Source of the DNA: Obrimoposthia wandeli
Taxonomy: Eukaryota
NCBI GenBank assembly: GCA_977020255.1
Contig: CDROCS010000229.1
Location: 62,001 to 117,582 of the forward strand
DNA: 55,582 bases
Reading direction: 5' to 3'
Below, one piece after another: positions 25,647 to 39,500 of the stretch. The notes under the pieces were generated by a model, which saw nothing but the letters and a program-made list of their open reading frames with translations, was not told the origin of the DNA and searched no databases. Every line of letters begins with the position of its first letter. Position 1 is the stretch's first letter. Position numbers and translations under genes: made by a program.

Positions 25647-25770
25647 ATTATATTAGATGCTGATATCCAAGTTGGATCTGAATAACCATGCCAGTTAACA
25701 AAGTATCTTCTAAATCTTGACTAATTTCTCCTACTTCTTATGTTATACAAAATACTCTTAAAGTTTAATG
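25643..25770 (-). pseudogene. Chromodomain, probably the C-terminus of a Polinton integrase
   Basis: IL…RSRR…RYFVNWHGYSDPTWISASNII*. Its stop overlaps the minor-capsid ATG (ATGA). Confidence 0.7.
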
Positions 25771-25779
25771 TGTTTTTAA

Positions 25780-26096
25780 AAAAAAGGAGCTGTTGAAATC
25801 GTGACCTTCTTTTCTGCAAATCAAACATTTGTGATTGAGAATACATTGATTTCGGAAACATGCTCTTGGCTGAAGTTCTTCACTAAGTTATGTTATCTTT
25901 TAGTTATTTGTTTTAAGTAAAACCTTGGTATTGGTCTCATATTATTTTGATTTTGGGCGTCTCTATTTATGTATATTTTTTCTTCATTAACATAATTTAT
26001 TTGTTCCTGATGTACTGGCACTGGTACTGATAGTGGGTGTTTCTTTGTATTGTTTGAGAAATTTCGGTTGTATTCCTTTTGTTTCTGTATTTGCAT
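25780..26096 (-). pseudogene. Retrotransposon gag fragment with a decayed zinc knuckle
   Basis: CLICRKEGHDFNSS fits CX2CX4HX4C with the last Cys changed to Ser. Confidence 0.5.
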
Positions 26097-26099
26097 ACT

Positions 26100-27654
26100 T
26101 ATTCTGAGACAAGTAAGAGCAAAAATGTATGTTTGTCTATTTGCTTGTCTACAGACTCGAGCAGTTCATTTGAAGATGGCATATGGTTTGGACACTGATG
26201 CATTCGTCAGAGCGTTTAAAAGGTTCATAGGAAGGATAGGAAAGCCAACATTAATGTTGTCAGATAACGGTTTGAATTTTGTGGGAACAGCAAATTAATA
26301 GAATAAGTTAAGTTCGATATTTATGCACTTAAACAGAGTTTGTAAAGAAATCTATTAGATGGATTTTCAATCCGCCAGGTAGTCCTCACGGGTTGGGTAC
26401 AACTCATCACTGCCATCTCATCTCATTACTGCCTTCTCATCTCCAGCCCAACTCCTCACCAGCGATGAAAATGTTATTATGTTTATGATTTCATATTTGA
26501 AAGGAAAACAATATTTTTTCGTTATTTTTTCATTTTAACGAAAATATACGGTAATGGAATTTTATTACATTTTAAGTACAGTTCAATGAAAAGGATAGTC
26601 ACAGAAAATATAAACTTTCAGAAATTGGAGGTTGATTAATGAAATTCAGTGGATATTAAAAACATCTTTATTCAGATTCAAAGTATGACACTTTCTTGAT
26701 GCTAAAAATAGATTAAATCCTAAATAATTAAAATCCTAATGGGTTTACTGGCAGAATTTAAAATAAATAAAGAATTTAAAATAAATACAAACGTTGTTTG
26801 TTTACAAGTAGTTGAGTTTGTAATTGAGTAATTGTTGACTAATGTTTGCTTACAAGTAGTTAAGTTGGTAATTGATTCTGTGACTATCCTTTTCATTGAA
26901 CTGTACTTAAAAAGTAATAAAATTCCATTACAGTATATTTTCGTTAAAATGAAAAAATAACGAAAAAAGGTTGTTTTCCTTTCAAATATGAAATCATAAA
27001 CATATAAAATCATGAGTTGGGCCGGCGATGAGAAGGCCAGATATGGATTGGGCTGGCGATGATATGGCGGCGATGAGTTGGGCTGGTGATGAGATGGTGG
27101 CAATGAGTTGTCCCATTCCCGTCCTCATTTTAGTGGTGTATTTGAGATAATGGTAAAATCAGTAAAAGGGTGATGAAAAGAGTGATGGAGAGTGCGGAAT
27201 TGATGGATGAAGAATTTGATACGATGTTAATTGAAGTTGAGAGTCTTGTAAATTCTAGGCCATTGAGTTATGTGTGTCTAGATAATAAGGAAATTACTTC
27301 ATTGACGTCAAATTTTTGTTGATACCTGTAGATACGGTAAATTGCGAACTGACCGCGAATAATGTAAAATTTCGGTGGAAGTTGCTACAAGGTCTGGTGG
27401 AGCAATTATGGAAAAGATGGATGGAGGAGATCGTGCTGATGTGGACAGTTAGACAGAAGTGGTGGGAAACGAAAGAGCCATTAAAAGTAGACAATGTCGT
27501 GTTGGTATTGGAGAAGAAAAATGAGCGAGGAAAATGGCCATTGGCGAGAATACTAGAATTAATAAAAGGACAAGATGGATTGGTACGGGTAGCAAAATTG
27601 ATGGTAGAAGGAAAGAAGACGAAGTCTGTCGGAAATTTATATAGGGTATTGTGA
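26100..27654 (+). pseudogene. pol: BEL/Pao integrase and C-terminal domain, interrupted by a MITE
   Basis: [17 protein letters not shown]…FKRFIGR.GKP…[19 protein letters not shown]|F.GVFE.MVK…EVESLVNSRPLSY, and LWKRW…RQKW…RGKWPLARI…GQDGLVRVA. Confidence 0.92.
26390..27120. mobile_element. 731-bp non-autonomous DNA transposon (MITE), GGG…CCC termini, ~220-bp TIRs
   Basis: Long imperfect inverted repeats with subterminal GATGAGTTG-type repeats. 8-bp TSD GTCCTCAC (26382-26389) / GTCCTCAT (27121-27128). Removing it restores the integrase PPGSPHF motif. Superfamily undetermined (MULE- or Merlin-like). Confidence 0.88.
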
Positions 27655-27756
27655 GAAAAAGAGTTCTTATTTTAAGCAGCTTTATTTTTGTCCAGGTAGC
27701 ATTTTCTTTGTGACATACTCTTGTTGTATTGTTGATTAGGGTTTAATCGAGGGGTA

Positions 27757-28098
27757 TGTTGCAATATACATTGCATTTCAAAAAGAAAATTAAATAAAGA
27801 AAACTGCGGAAGTGCATTTTGTTTAAATGTATTACCGTACTTCCGCAGTTTCAGAAAACATAAATACTAAATAATAATGAAATTTAAATAAACATTAAAA
27901 AAATATTTTATATTCAATTTAGACAAGTTTCAAATTTCGTTTTCGAGTAGAGTTCAGAGTATCGGGTTTCATTGGAAAATTTCGGAATGTAGTGTCGTGA
28001 TCGAGAAATCAGTATTATTTTAATGAATGCAAATAAATGTTCAAGTTATGCGATGGAGTTCGACTTTTTTACTGTTAATGTCAAAATGGAAACAAACA
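27757..28098 (+). repeat. 3' LTR of the BEL/Pao element
   Basis: Purine tract GAGGGG, then TGTTGC…AATAAA…AAACAAACA. The 3' end is inferred. Confidence 0.6.
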
Positions 28099-29744
28099 AG
28101 AAGTTTACCTTTATTTGAAACAGCAGTACCCATCCTATTTATTGATGACTGATGCATCAAATCACAAACTTCATAAGTTATCAATTTTGTCGTACATTAA
28201 TTCTAATAATAGATGGCAACCCAATGGGAATTTATCATAATTTTCTACTAAAGCAGAATTTTTACTCAAAATCTTTAAAACCAAAAAATCATCTATTAGC
28301 AAATGTAGTTTTTTTTAAATGACTGAAAATAATCACGTATTGTACAAACTCAAAGCTAGGGCGACAGTTGAATTAGTGACAAATTTGTAAAACTCGAGCT
28401 TTTTTTCAATTTCCAAAACTTTTGATTTCAATGTTTTTTGAACAGAAATAAAAAGTAAATCTAGCATTCATAAAGTGTTATGGAATCTTTATGGAATCAT
28501 CAGATATTTCGAATTAATATCATTTTAATAATCACAACTTTGTATCCGAATGTGAAAAACTAAATAATTCAAATTTATTTAAAGTTACAGAATGTAAGGA
28601 CACAGAAAGTTAAATTTTTTAAATTTTCTGAATTCCGACTCCAAATTGTCTTCTTGCTTCTTGATTCCATGCTTAGAAACTTTCTTTGCTTCAGATTTAA
28701 GTATACTTATTGATTTTTGTTTTAATGTTCTAGTGTCTATGTTCTCTAAATTATAAATAATATAAATTGCAAGGAAATAAGTCATCAAATAGACAATAAA
28801 ACTACTTACAGGATAACCGCTTAACGAGGTGAATATTCAATTCCTTATCCGTATATTCAATTTTCTTTATTAATGACTTAGTTTGGATATTCGATCCTGG
28901 AATATCAAATAAATAACATGAAAATACTAAGAAATATTTTATCCAACTTTAACTCAATATAAATTATGCCCCGCAGTGTTGTAATATTTCATTATATCAC
29001 CACTCAAAATTGTTTTGCTACGATGATATTAATCTAAATACTCCATATTTGAGTTAAATAAAGTTGGATGAAGTTCAGACTCAGTTGGTTACACTACGAC
29101 ACCTAGATTCTATTTTGTACACTCGGCTGCGCTCTATTTCTAACAAAATGTTTCCGTGTTACAGAATTTACGCCATTTTCGTTGAATAATAAGAAACAAA
29201 CAAAATAAATGGAACAGCCTCATCGACTCAAATGTGAAACAATCCGACTAAAAATTACATTTAGTAAAATAGTGAGATATGTTTGAGATATATATTGAGT
29301 TGAATTCTAGATAATTGAATGTTTAAAACGTGATGATTCTCGACTTAATAATCTAAAATGACACCTAATGTTATCAGTCATATGGATATCACATTTGAAA
29401 TTCACCATGACACATTACATAACATACAAAAGCTATTAAGTGATTACTAGAAATAACGAGCTATCATGATATGAAACGCTTTTAACTGTCTGAAAAACAA
29501 GACAAGCAATTCAACTGGACAACGAAATCGCAGTTTATTTGTGTAATTTTTATAAATCTGACTAACTAGACATCTTTCTATGCTCATTCAAGAAAAGCCA
29601 CTTATGTGCATCACATCCATTTTTCTCAATACACAAACTATTTATACAATACAATCAATTTTAAATAGTAAAATATTTTCTTTGTGATTGTTTGTAGCTG
29701 ATTGGGAAACATCTCGTTGTAAATTCCAACAGTAATCAGACATC

Positions 29745-30560
29745 ATATTGCAATTCCATCACTCTTGGGAGCGTCTTTACATTTATGGAAACGTTCAACA
29801 TGTTCAACGGACTACAATAACATTAAAACTTTCAGAATCATGCGTAAAGTATTTTGGATGTGCGATAGGAGACCAAGATAAAAAATAATTTGAAAGTCAA
29901 TTTTTTTTTCTCATAGAAATCTAAAGGTCCTGGAATGTTTTTATTAGTGTATTTGAATAAGTGTAAAATACCTCTAAAATATTTTTCGTATCTATTTAGG
30001 ATTGTCAGGCTGCAGAAAACTTAATTAATGTTTCTATACCTTAAAAAATCCATATAACTAACCTTTGTTTCGAATCATGTTTGAGTAAATGGTATAACTT
30101 AGTTGACCATTTATAACAATTGACACTTCAAGTTGCCCATCAGAGCGGGCTCTTGCTGAAAATTTGGTACATAATTAACAATTTCATGAAATATTCTAGA
30201 AAATGGATTGGGGTATTTTAATTTCACGAATTTCTGTTTCTTAAATTGCTCATAAACAAAGTGATCAAAAGAGAAACCAATGGTCTAGAATTTCTACAAT
30301 ATTTATGTACATTCATGGTTATTTTAACATTATTAAGTATTTTAATGCTTTGGCTGCTCTACTGATCACTTTTGACATTTCAATCATGATTGATTAACAG
30401 ATGCAACTTCCTTTTTCAGACACTTTTCACATTCTAGATTTTTATTTCTATGGCCCAATCTTTGCCTTTGACTCTTAAAACAATATAAGCAAACGAGTTT
30501 TCATGTTTCTTTTGTGTTGTATGACTAAACTCTCGGTCATGTACGCATTGTGAATTTGAA
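29745..30560 (+). pseudogene. Decayed DNA transposase fragment
   Basis: ERLYIYGNVQHVQRTTIT…KYFGCAIGDQDKK, and downstream FSCFFCVV*, match the CYICG…QRR.IT…YFG..GDQDK and PCFLC.W motifs of a widespread invertebrate transposase family. I cannot name the superfamily securely. Confidence 0.5.
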
Positions 30561-30934
30561 TTAGGCCAAACTCTTCAAAATTGAGAAACAATTACATATT
30601 TAGATTTTCTTTCTATATAGAACTCTCTCTTATTTTTTTCAACTCGTATTGCCATTAACCTTCAATAATTTCTAATATGTCTACTAAAAAGTAATTCAAA
30701 TGTACCGCTAACTTCAATAAATGTCGAATCACAGTAATTCACCTCTTAGCAGACACGTCTGAATCAGTCAGGTCAAAATTCCATTGACGACAGACATTGC
30801 GATTCACAACGCAACATTCAGAATTAAGCACAGATAAACCCAGTCCAAGCAATAATAATTACGGCATAATATATAGATATAGATCTTATGAATTAGCGAC
30901 ATAGCTTAGTGCAGTCCATTCTACAAGACAGAGC

Positions 30935-31165
30935 TAGACACAAACTAGGCTTAGTCAAACAAGTTGAATTGATAAAGAAAGACGATATCAGTTCTTAAAC
31001 GTTGGCCGAAGAAATTAAAATGAACAAAACACAAGCCTGCTCAATACTGAAACCCGTGAGCTGTAAGAAACAACTGCTGTCATTTTCTTAACCACACGAA
31101 GATCTGGACCAATGATGCGAGAGCAGGCAAAATTGTACGCCAAGCAGTTGAACATTCAATACTCC
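30935..31165 (+). pseudogene. pogo/Tigger transposase N-terminal HTH fragment
   Basis: RHKLGLVKQVELIK…LAEEIKMNKTQACSILK followed by SGPMMREQAKLYAKQL. Confidence 0.6.
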
Positions 31166-33701
31166 ACGGTCAGTAAAGTTCGTTCAGCAGGTTTTAGTTT
31201 TGTTGCAGTTAGAGCAACCGTGGACACTGAGACTATTAACGACTGGAAACAATAACTCTTCTTATATACTTGCATTGCTGTACTACGGATTTATTTAGTT
31301 GTCTTGACTTCTTTATAGGTAAATATTCTCTATTGTTGGGAAATCAAAACTAACAAAGCGATTTTCTGTAATTTGAAAATGTAAAATCGATAACCAATTA
31401 ATATATGATGTGCATAAACTCAAAGTTGTGGCCACCCCCAAAAATGGCCAGTTTACTTGAGTATGTTTCACGGTCACGTTTCAGAGGTTTCATACTAATA
31501 AAGTCTGAAATTACATTTTCATCTTGCATTTCTTGCGAAACGTCTTTTGTAACATTTTAGGCGTTAACAGTTCAGGATTAATAACAATGACACTTAAATC
31601 ATTACATTAAATTTATTAAACCTTTGGGGCCATTTCAAGGTTATGTAAATATATTTCAATATTACCTCTATTAAACTTATCCATTTGATTTAGTCCTGTT
31701 GATCCGAAATCTTCACCTATTAAAATAAAACAGCGTCAATATGAAATAACTTCTTATCACTTTAAAAATGTTTGAGAAATTTTGATATTGAAATTAAAAA
31801 ATGTATTTAAGTCATATCCAAAATTACCACCACAACACGACAACATAAGTAGGGAGATTTAATGTCATAACATAATGTCTAAATCTGTGCTTATATAAGG
31901 TTTTCTTACATGTAACTTTATTGCAAATAGAAATAATATCATTTTCCCATGTTATATCAAATGAGTTGTGCTAAATTAACCTTCAGTCAGTATTAACCGG
32001 AATGGAGCCGCATTGCTACAAATATGGTTAATTCAAAATAACAAACAAACTGTATTTGGTGAATTACTAGGAATTGCAGCTGCTACAAACATGGTTATAA
32101 ATAACAAATTACAATTTTCAATGGTGATGTTAACTTTTGAGGCTCGCAAAATGATACAATAGTTAGGTTAAACTTCATCATTTATAAACTAGATTTATTT
32201 TCCAAAATATATCTGAAATTGAGGACAATTTGAATTTGTTTAACTACAGTTAACTTCAGTCAATGCCTAACCAACATAGACCTAAGCGAAAATTTAGAAA
32301 TTCAACTTAAATATATGAAATTTTAATTAATTGTAAATGAAAAATATCAAAACACAAAATGAAATTTGTAAAACTGACAAGAGCCTTACACTAATCAAAG
32401 AATAGTCATAAATCAATACTAAAAATGTCTATTTGTGGTTATCATTCAATTCAGACCACGATAGTGAAATCAAAGTCCGTTTTTTTCTTTCCAGGCTCTC
32501 ACCGGGTGGTCAGCAATGTCTAATACGTTTATTTATTTCGACATTTGTTACCATTTACAAAAAACACATTGATTTTATTTTAATCTGTTTTGTTCAATAA
32601 TGGTGAATTTTGTCATATAATTTTTTGATGAAATCCTGATTAAAATATCATTGAAAATGCAACAAGAAATATAGAGTAAACAAAACAAGTTAGAACAAAA
32701 GTTTTTTATATACTTTAAACTTGAGTTCTTCAAAAGTTTAGCGGTTCACCGTTCATGAGAACTGGATACTTAACGTGTATATTATTATTGTAAAAATGAG
32801 TTGCCTTCACCATACAGTGGCACAATACTAAAATTAGTCATAAGTCTAAATGCTTGACGACTGGAGGCATGGTGGCTCAAAAACGAACAGGCTAATATAG
32901 CCAGACACCGAAACTCAAATATCTTTAAAGTGCAACAATCCCTCGACCTCGATTAGCCAATCCACACACACACCCCCGACGCAAATACGTTATTCAGCCA
33001 CTGCTCATTCACATAATTTGTACTCTTTTAATTAAGTAATTTTTATTTTTTTTACAGTTTCCTATAGTGTTTATCTACCATGTTTATTAAATAACATTTT
33101 CTATCAATATGGACAAAGTGTAGATTGGACGTTTCCTGATTTGTTGACATCTAGTTCAGCCAGACAAATTCGAAACAGTTTTTTCAATTTCTAGTAAAAT
33201 ATATGTTAATTAACTCTTTCATTTTGAATCGAATTAGATTTAACAAGTGTTGGAGAAAACAATAAAAATACACTTATAAATGATTTACTGAATGGATATA
33301 AATTAAAATTTTAAAATGATTTAATATTTTTTTAATGTCCATAAATAAATATTCAAATCTAATATTGCTTATGGCAATAGCAAGGATTTCCATATATCTA
33401 AAAGTATTTTAACATTATTTATCTTTTAAATATAAAATAAAAAGTATACTCAATAACGGATAAAAGTAATAAATAGTCAATAAACAGGTACCAGACATAT
33501 TAAACGACTAAATTGAATACTCACTATTATTCTTTTTTTGAACCTTCAATGATGGCCACAGCAAGAAACTTTAATCTAAAATATATGAATAATTTATAAA
33601 TTACTTATAAGAGTCAAACATGTCTAAAATAAATACAAGGATTTTAATGAGAATTTTCTGCAGAAAATAGAAAATTAGCGGATCCAGAAACTAGAGTAGG
33701 T

Positions 33702-33922
33702 GGAAGGATGGAGTCTAGATCACTTGACCCCCCCCCCCTAAAGGGTGTCACTCCATAAGGATGTCACACCATAAAAGGTGTCTTGCCACACCATAAGGGT
33801 ATATGTTGCCTCACCTCTGGTAACATATACCCGCTTATGGTAATGTCATTGCCTGGTAATGACTACTATGGTGTGACACCTTTAGGGAGAGAAGGAAGGG
33901 TCAAGTGATGCAGACTCCATCC
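33702..33922. other. Left terminal palindrome (~220 bp, imperfect)
   Basis: GGATGGAGTCTAGATCACTTGACCC…TAAAGGGTGTCAC pairs with GTGACACCTTTAGGG…GGGTCAAGTGATGCAGACTCCATCC. Centre ~33817. Confidence 0.85.
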
Positions 33923-33974
33923 CATGATATACTATGGTCGTCCATAGTTTAAAGGGTCAAGTGGCTTAGTCCAC

Positions 33975-34275
33975 CCCATCTTTTTGTGATCTAGTCTCCA
34001 CCCATCTTTTTTTGTGATCTAGTCTCCACCCATCTTTTTTGTGATCTAGTCTCCACCCATCTTTTTTGTGATCTAGTCTCCACCCTTCTTTTAGTGATCT
34101 AGTCTCCATCCTTATTTTAGTGATCTAGTCTCCACCCATCTTTTAGTGATCTAGTCTCCACCCTTCTTTTAGTGATCTAGTCTCCACCCTTCTTTTAGTG
34201 ATCTAGTCTCCACCCATCTTTTTGGCTAACTACTAATTCAAAGGATCAAGTGGCTTAGTCTCCACCCTTATTTTT
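33975..34275. repeat. 26-27-bp tandem array in the left TIR (~10 copies)
   Basis: Repeats of GTGATCTAGTCTCCACCC(A/T)TCTTTT. Confidence 0.95.
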
Positions 34276-34829
34276 TTGTGATCTAGTTCATAAGCGAAAT
34301 TTATGATAAAGTTTTATAACAATTAAGAATGTATGACGTAATCATACACACTATTCTATGTGAAAATTTAGGCTAAAAGTTCACTCTTATAAGTTAATGA
34401 ATGTATTACGTAATCACACACATACTATTTTATGTGAAATTTAGATCAAAGTTTTTCCCTAGGCTTTCACATTTATAGGAGTATGATAAAATTTCTTTAA
34501 ATAACTTCAATTATATATTAAAATAAAAAAATAAAATAAGAAAGAAGTCAGAAAATAATACAAAATTAAACACATTTATTATGTAATTTCATAATATCAT
34601 CTTCAAACTTAAGTGAATAACATTTACAAAGTAAGAAAGTCCATTCTTTATACATTCTTTTCGTTTCAACGACTAAGTTACAACAAGGAATTAATAGAAA
34701 ATTAGTAAAAATATTAATTTATTTGAATATTTGAATGAGTTTGAATTAATGAGAGGAGTAGAATGAATGTAAATGAATAAGAATTATGCATGCACAAGTA
34801 TGAATGTCATTTACAAGTAAGAGTCTTAG

Positions 34830-36478
34830 CAAGTGAATGTAATTTTAAAATAAGAGTGTCGATAGTTTGATTGAATACAAGTGTAATTTAGACTATAAGT
34901 AAATTAAAATAGAGTTTTTTGTTGAATAAATTATAGTTAGATTGAATGCAAATATGTTGAGCAAGTGATTGATAGTTTGAATTTTCAATTACAAGTAAGT
35001 GGAGTTTAGCAAGTGAATGTAATTTTTAAAAATAAGAGTGTCGATAGTTTGATTGAATGCAAGTGTAATTTAGACTATAAGTAAATTAAAATAGAGTTTT
35101 TGTTGAATAAATTATAGTTAGATTGAATGCAAGTATGACGAGCAAGTGATTGATAGTTTGAATTTTCAATACAAGTAAGTGGGTTTAGCAAGTGAATGTA
35201 ATTTTTAAAAATAAAATTAATCGATGGATTTGATTGAATGCAAGTGTAATTTAGACTATATGTAAATTAAAATAGAGATTTTGTTGAATAAATTATAGTT
35301 AGATTGAATGCAAGTATGACGAGAGCAAGTGATTGAAGCCAGTTTTGAGATTTTTCAATATTACAAGTAAAGTGGGTTTAGCAAGTGAATGTAATTTTAA
35401 AAATAAGAGTGTCATTGGTTTTGATTGAATGCAAGTGTAATTTGGAGCTATAATTAAATTAAAAAAAATTTTTGTTGAATAAATTATAGTTAGATTGAAT
35501 GCAAGTATGACGAGCAAGTGATTGATAGTTTGAATTTTCAATACAAGTAAGTGGAGTTTAGCAAGTGAAGATAATTTTAAAAATAAAGTGTCGATAGTTT
35601 GATTGAATGCAAGGGAATGTAATTTAGACTATATTAAATTAAAATAGAGTTTTGTTGAATGTTAGATTGAATACAAGTATGACGAGCAAGTGATTGATAG
35701 TTTGAATTTTCAATGATACAAGTAAGTGAGTTGCTGGATAATTTTAAAAATAAGAGTGTCGATAGTTTGATTGAATGCAAGTGTAATTTAGACTATAAAT
35801 ACCAAATTAAAATAGAGTTTTTGTTGAATAAATTATAGTTAGATTGAATGCAAGTATGACGAGCAAGTGATTGATAGTTTGAATTTTCAATACAAGCAGG
35901 AGGGTGTAGAAAGTGAATGTAATTGTAAAAATAAGAGTGTCGATAGTTTGATTGAATGCAAGTGTAATTTAGACTATAAGTAAATTAAAATAGAGTTTTT
36001 TGTTGAATAAATTATAGTTTAGATTGAATGCATATGACGAGCAAGTGATTGATAGTTTGAATTTTCAATACAAGTAAGTGGGTTTAGCAAGTGAATGTAA
36101 TTTTAAAAATAAGAGTGTCGATAGTTTGATTGAATGCAAGTGTAATTTAGACTATAAGTAAATTAAAATAGAGTTTTTGTTGAATAAATTATAGTTAGAT
36201 TGAATGCAAGTATGACGAGCAAGTGCTTGATAGTTTGAATTTTCAATACAAGTAAGTGGGTTTAGCAAGTGAATGTAATTTTTAAAAATAAGAGTGTCGA
36301 TAGTTTGATTGAATGCAAGTGTAATTTAGACTATAAGTAAATTAAAATAGAGTTTTTGTTGAATAAATTATAGTTAGATTGAATGCAAGTATGACGAGCA
36401 AGGATTGATAGTATGAATTTCAATACAAGTAAGTGGGTTTAGCAAGTGAAAGATGTAATTTTAAAAATAAGAGTGTCA
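34830..36478. repeat. Satellite 1, ~179-bp unit, ~9 copies
   Basis: AAGAGTGTCG recurs at ~34852, 35034, … 35932, 36111, 36290, 36470. Confidence 0.95.
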
Positions 36479-36539
36479 ATGTTATATAATAGTTTAATAA
36501 AGTTAATCATTGAATACAAGAACACAAATTCTAATAACT

Positions 36540-39500
36540 TAAAACGTATTAAAGTGAATAATGCATAAATATATTATGTTTACAAGTAAATTTATAGTAA
36601 ACGACAGTAAACTATGAATTACTTTTTATGTAATGAAATATTACAGTATTAACTTACAATATATTAAATTGAAAATATGCAAATTATATTATGTTTACAA
36701 GTCAATTTATTGATCAAATCATTAAATTATGATTATTAAGTAAATTTCTTGAAGTTTTGGTTGTAAATTATATTAAAGTAATAACTTACAACATATAAAT
36801 TGAAAATATACCAAAATAAATTATGTTTACAAGTCAATTTATTGTACAAAACATTAAACTTATGATTAATAAGTAAACTACTTGAAGTTTTTTGTTGAAA
36901 ATTATAATAAAGTAATAACTTACAACATATTAAAGTGAATATATGCATAAATATATTATGTTTACAAGTCAATTTATTGTAAACGATAGTAAACTATCAA
37001 TTACTTTTTTATGTAATGTGTTATTATAGTAATAACTTACAATATATTAAATTGAAAATATACAATTATATTATGTTTACAAGTCAATTTATTAATCAAA
37101 TCATTAATATTATGTTTAATAAGTAAACTACTTGAAGTTTTTTGTTGAAAATTATAATAAAGTAATAACTTACAACATATTAAAGTGAATATATGCATAA
37201 ATTTATTGTAAACGATAGTAAACTATCAATTACTTTTTATATAATGAAATATTATAGTAATAACTTACAATATATTATATTGAAAATATGCAAATTATAT
37301 TATGTTTACAAGTCAATTATTGATCAAATCATTAAAATTATGATTAATAAGTAAATTACTTGAATATTTGGTTGTAAATTATATTAAAGTATTAACTTAC
37401 AACATTTTAAACTGAATATATACAACAACAAATAAATATTGTAGTTTACAAGTAAATTACTTGAAGTTTTGTTGTAAATTATATTAAAGTAATAACTTAC
37501 AACATATTAAATTGAAAATATACCAAAATAAATTATGTTTACAAGTCAATTTATTGTACAAAACATTAAACTTATGTTTAATAAGTAAACTACTTGAAGT
37601 TTTTGTTGAAAATTATAATAAAGTAATAACTTACAACATATTAAAGTGAATATATGCATAAATTTATTGTAAACGATAGTAAACTATCAATTACTTTTTA
37701 TGTAATGTAATATTATAGTAATAACTTACAATATATTAAATTGAAAATATGCAAATTATATTATGTTTACAAGTCAATTTATTGATCAAATCATTAATAT
37801 TATGATTATTAAGTAAATTACTTGAAGATTTGGTTGTAAATTATATTAAAGTATTAACTTACAACATTTTAAACTGAATATATACAACAACAAAATAAAT
37901 ATTGTAGTTTATAAGTAAATTACTTGAAGTTTTGTTGTAAATTATATTAAAGTAATAACTTACAACATATTAAATTGAAAATATACCAAAATAAATTATG
38001 TTTACAAGTCAAATTATTGTACAAAACATTAAACTTATGATTAATAAGTAAACTACTTGAAGTTTTTGTTGAAAATTATATTAAAGTAATAAGTTACAAC
38101 ATATTAAAGTTAATATATGCATAAATATATTATGTTAACAAGTCAATTTATTGTACAAAACATTAAACTTATGTTTAATAAGTAAACTACTCGAAGTTTT
38201 TGTTGAAAATTATATTAAAGTAATAACTAACAACATTTTAAACTCAATATATACAACAACAAATAAATATTAGCTCATAAGTAAAATAATTGAAGTTTTT
38301 GTTGTAAATTATATTAAAGTAATAACTTACAACATATTAAATTGAAAATATATCAAAATAAATTATGTTTACAAGTCAATTTATTGTACAAAACATTAAA
38401 CTTATGTTTAATAAGTAAACAACTTGAAGTTTTTGTTGTAAATTATATTAAAGTAATAACTTACAACATATTAAATTGAAAATATATCAAAATAAATTAT
38501 GTTTACAAGTCAATTTATTGTACAAAACAATAAACTTATGTTTAATAAGTAAACTACTTGAAGTTTTTTGTTGAAAATTATATTAAAGTAATAACTTACA
38601 ACATTTTAAACTAAATATATACAACAACAAATAAATATTGTAGTTTACAAGTAAATTACTTGAAGTTTTTGTTGTAAATTATATTAAAGTAATAACTTAC
38701 AACATATTAAATTGAAAAATATATCAAAATAAATTATGTTTACAAGTCAATTTATTGTACAAAACATTAAACTTATGTTTAATAAGTAAACTACTTGAAG
38801 TTTTGTTGTAAATTATATTAAAGTAATAACTTACAACATATTAAATTGAAAATATATCAAAATAAATTATGTTTACAAGTCAATTTATTGTACAAAACAT
38901 TAAACTTATGTTTAATAAGTAAACTACTTGAATATTTGGTTGAAAATTATATTAAAGTAATAACTTACAACATTTTAAACTAAATATATACAACAACAAA
39001 TAAATATTGTAGTTTACAAGTAAATTACTTGAAGTTTTTGTTGTAAATTATATTAAAGTAATAACTTACAACATATTAAATTGAAAATATATCAAAATAA
39101 ATTATGTTTACAAGTCAATTTATTGTACAAACATTAAACTTATGTTTAATAAGTAAACTACTTGAAGTTTTTGTTGTAAATTATATTAAAGTAATAACTT
39201 ACAACATATTAAATTGAAAATATATCAAAATAAATTATGTTTACAAGTCAATTTATTGTACAAAACATTAAACTTATGTTTAATAAGTAAACTACTTGAA
39301 TATTTGGTTGAAAATTATATTAAAGTAATAACTTACAACATTTTAAACTAAATATATACAACAACAAATAAATATTGTAGTTTACAAGTAAATTACTTGA
39401 AGTTTTTGTTGTAAATTATATTAAAGTAATAACTTACAACATATTAAATTGAAAATATATCAAAATAAATTATGTTTACAAGTCAATTTATTGTACAAAA

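Larger units (their letters stand above)
33695..34872 (+). repeat. Left TIR of copy B
   Basis: Reverse complement of 39924-41107. Confidence 0.93.

Noticed and set aside
28100-28420. Possible third Gypsy RNase H remnant (LMTDASN)
   Set aside because: A single short motif with too much decay around it to support a feature call.
33975-34275. 26-27-bp GC-richer repeats as a CRISPR array (also 40520-40830 and 23900-24240)
   Set aside because: The units are directly adjacent with no unique spacers, there are no cas genes, and they lie in a eukaryotic TIR.
35299-36972. ORF-track ORFs inside the satellites (35299-35541, 36736-36972; also 21725-21988)
   Set aside because: They are chance frames in tandem repeats, and equivalent units nearby contain stops.
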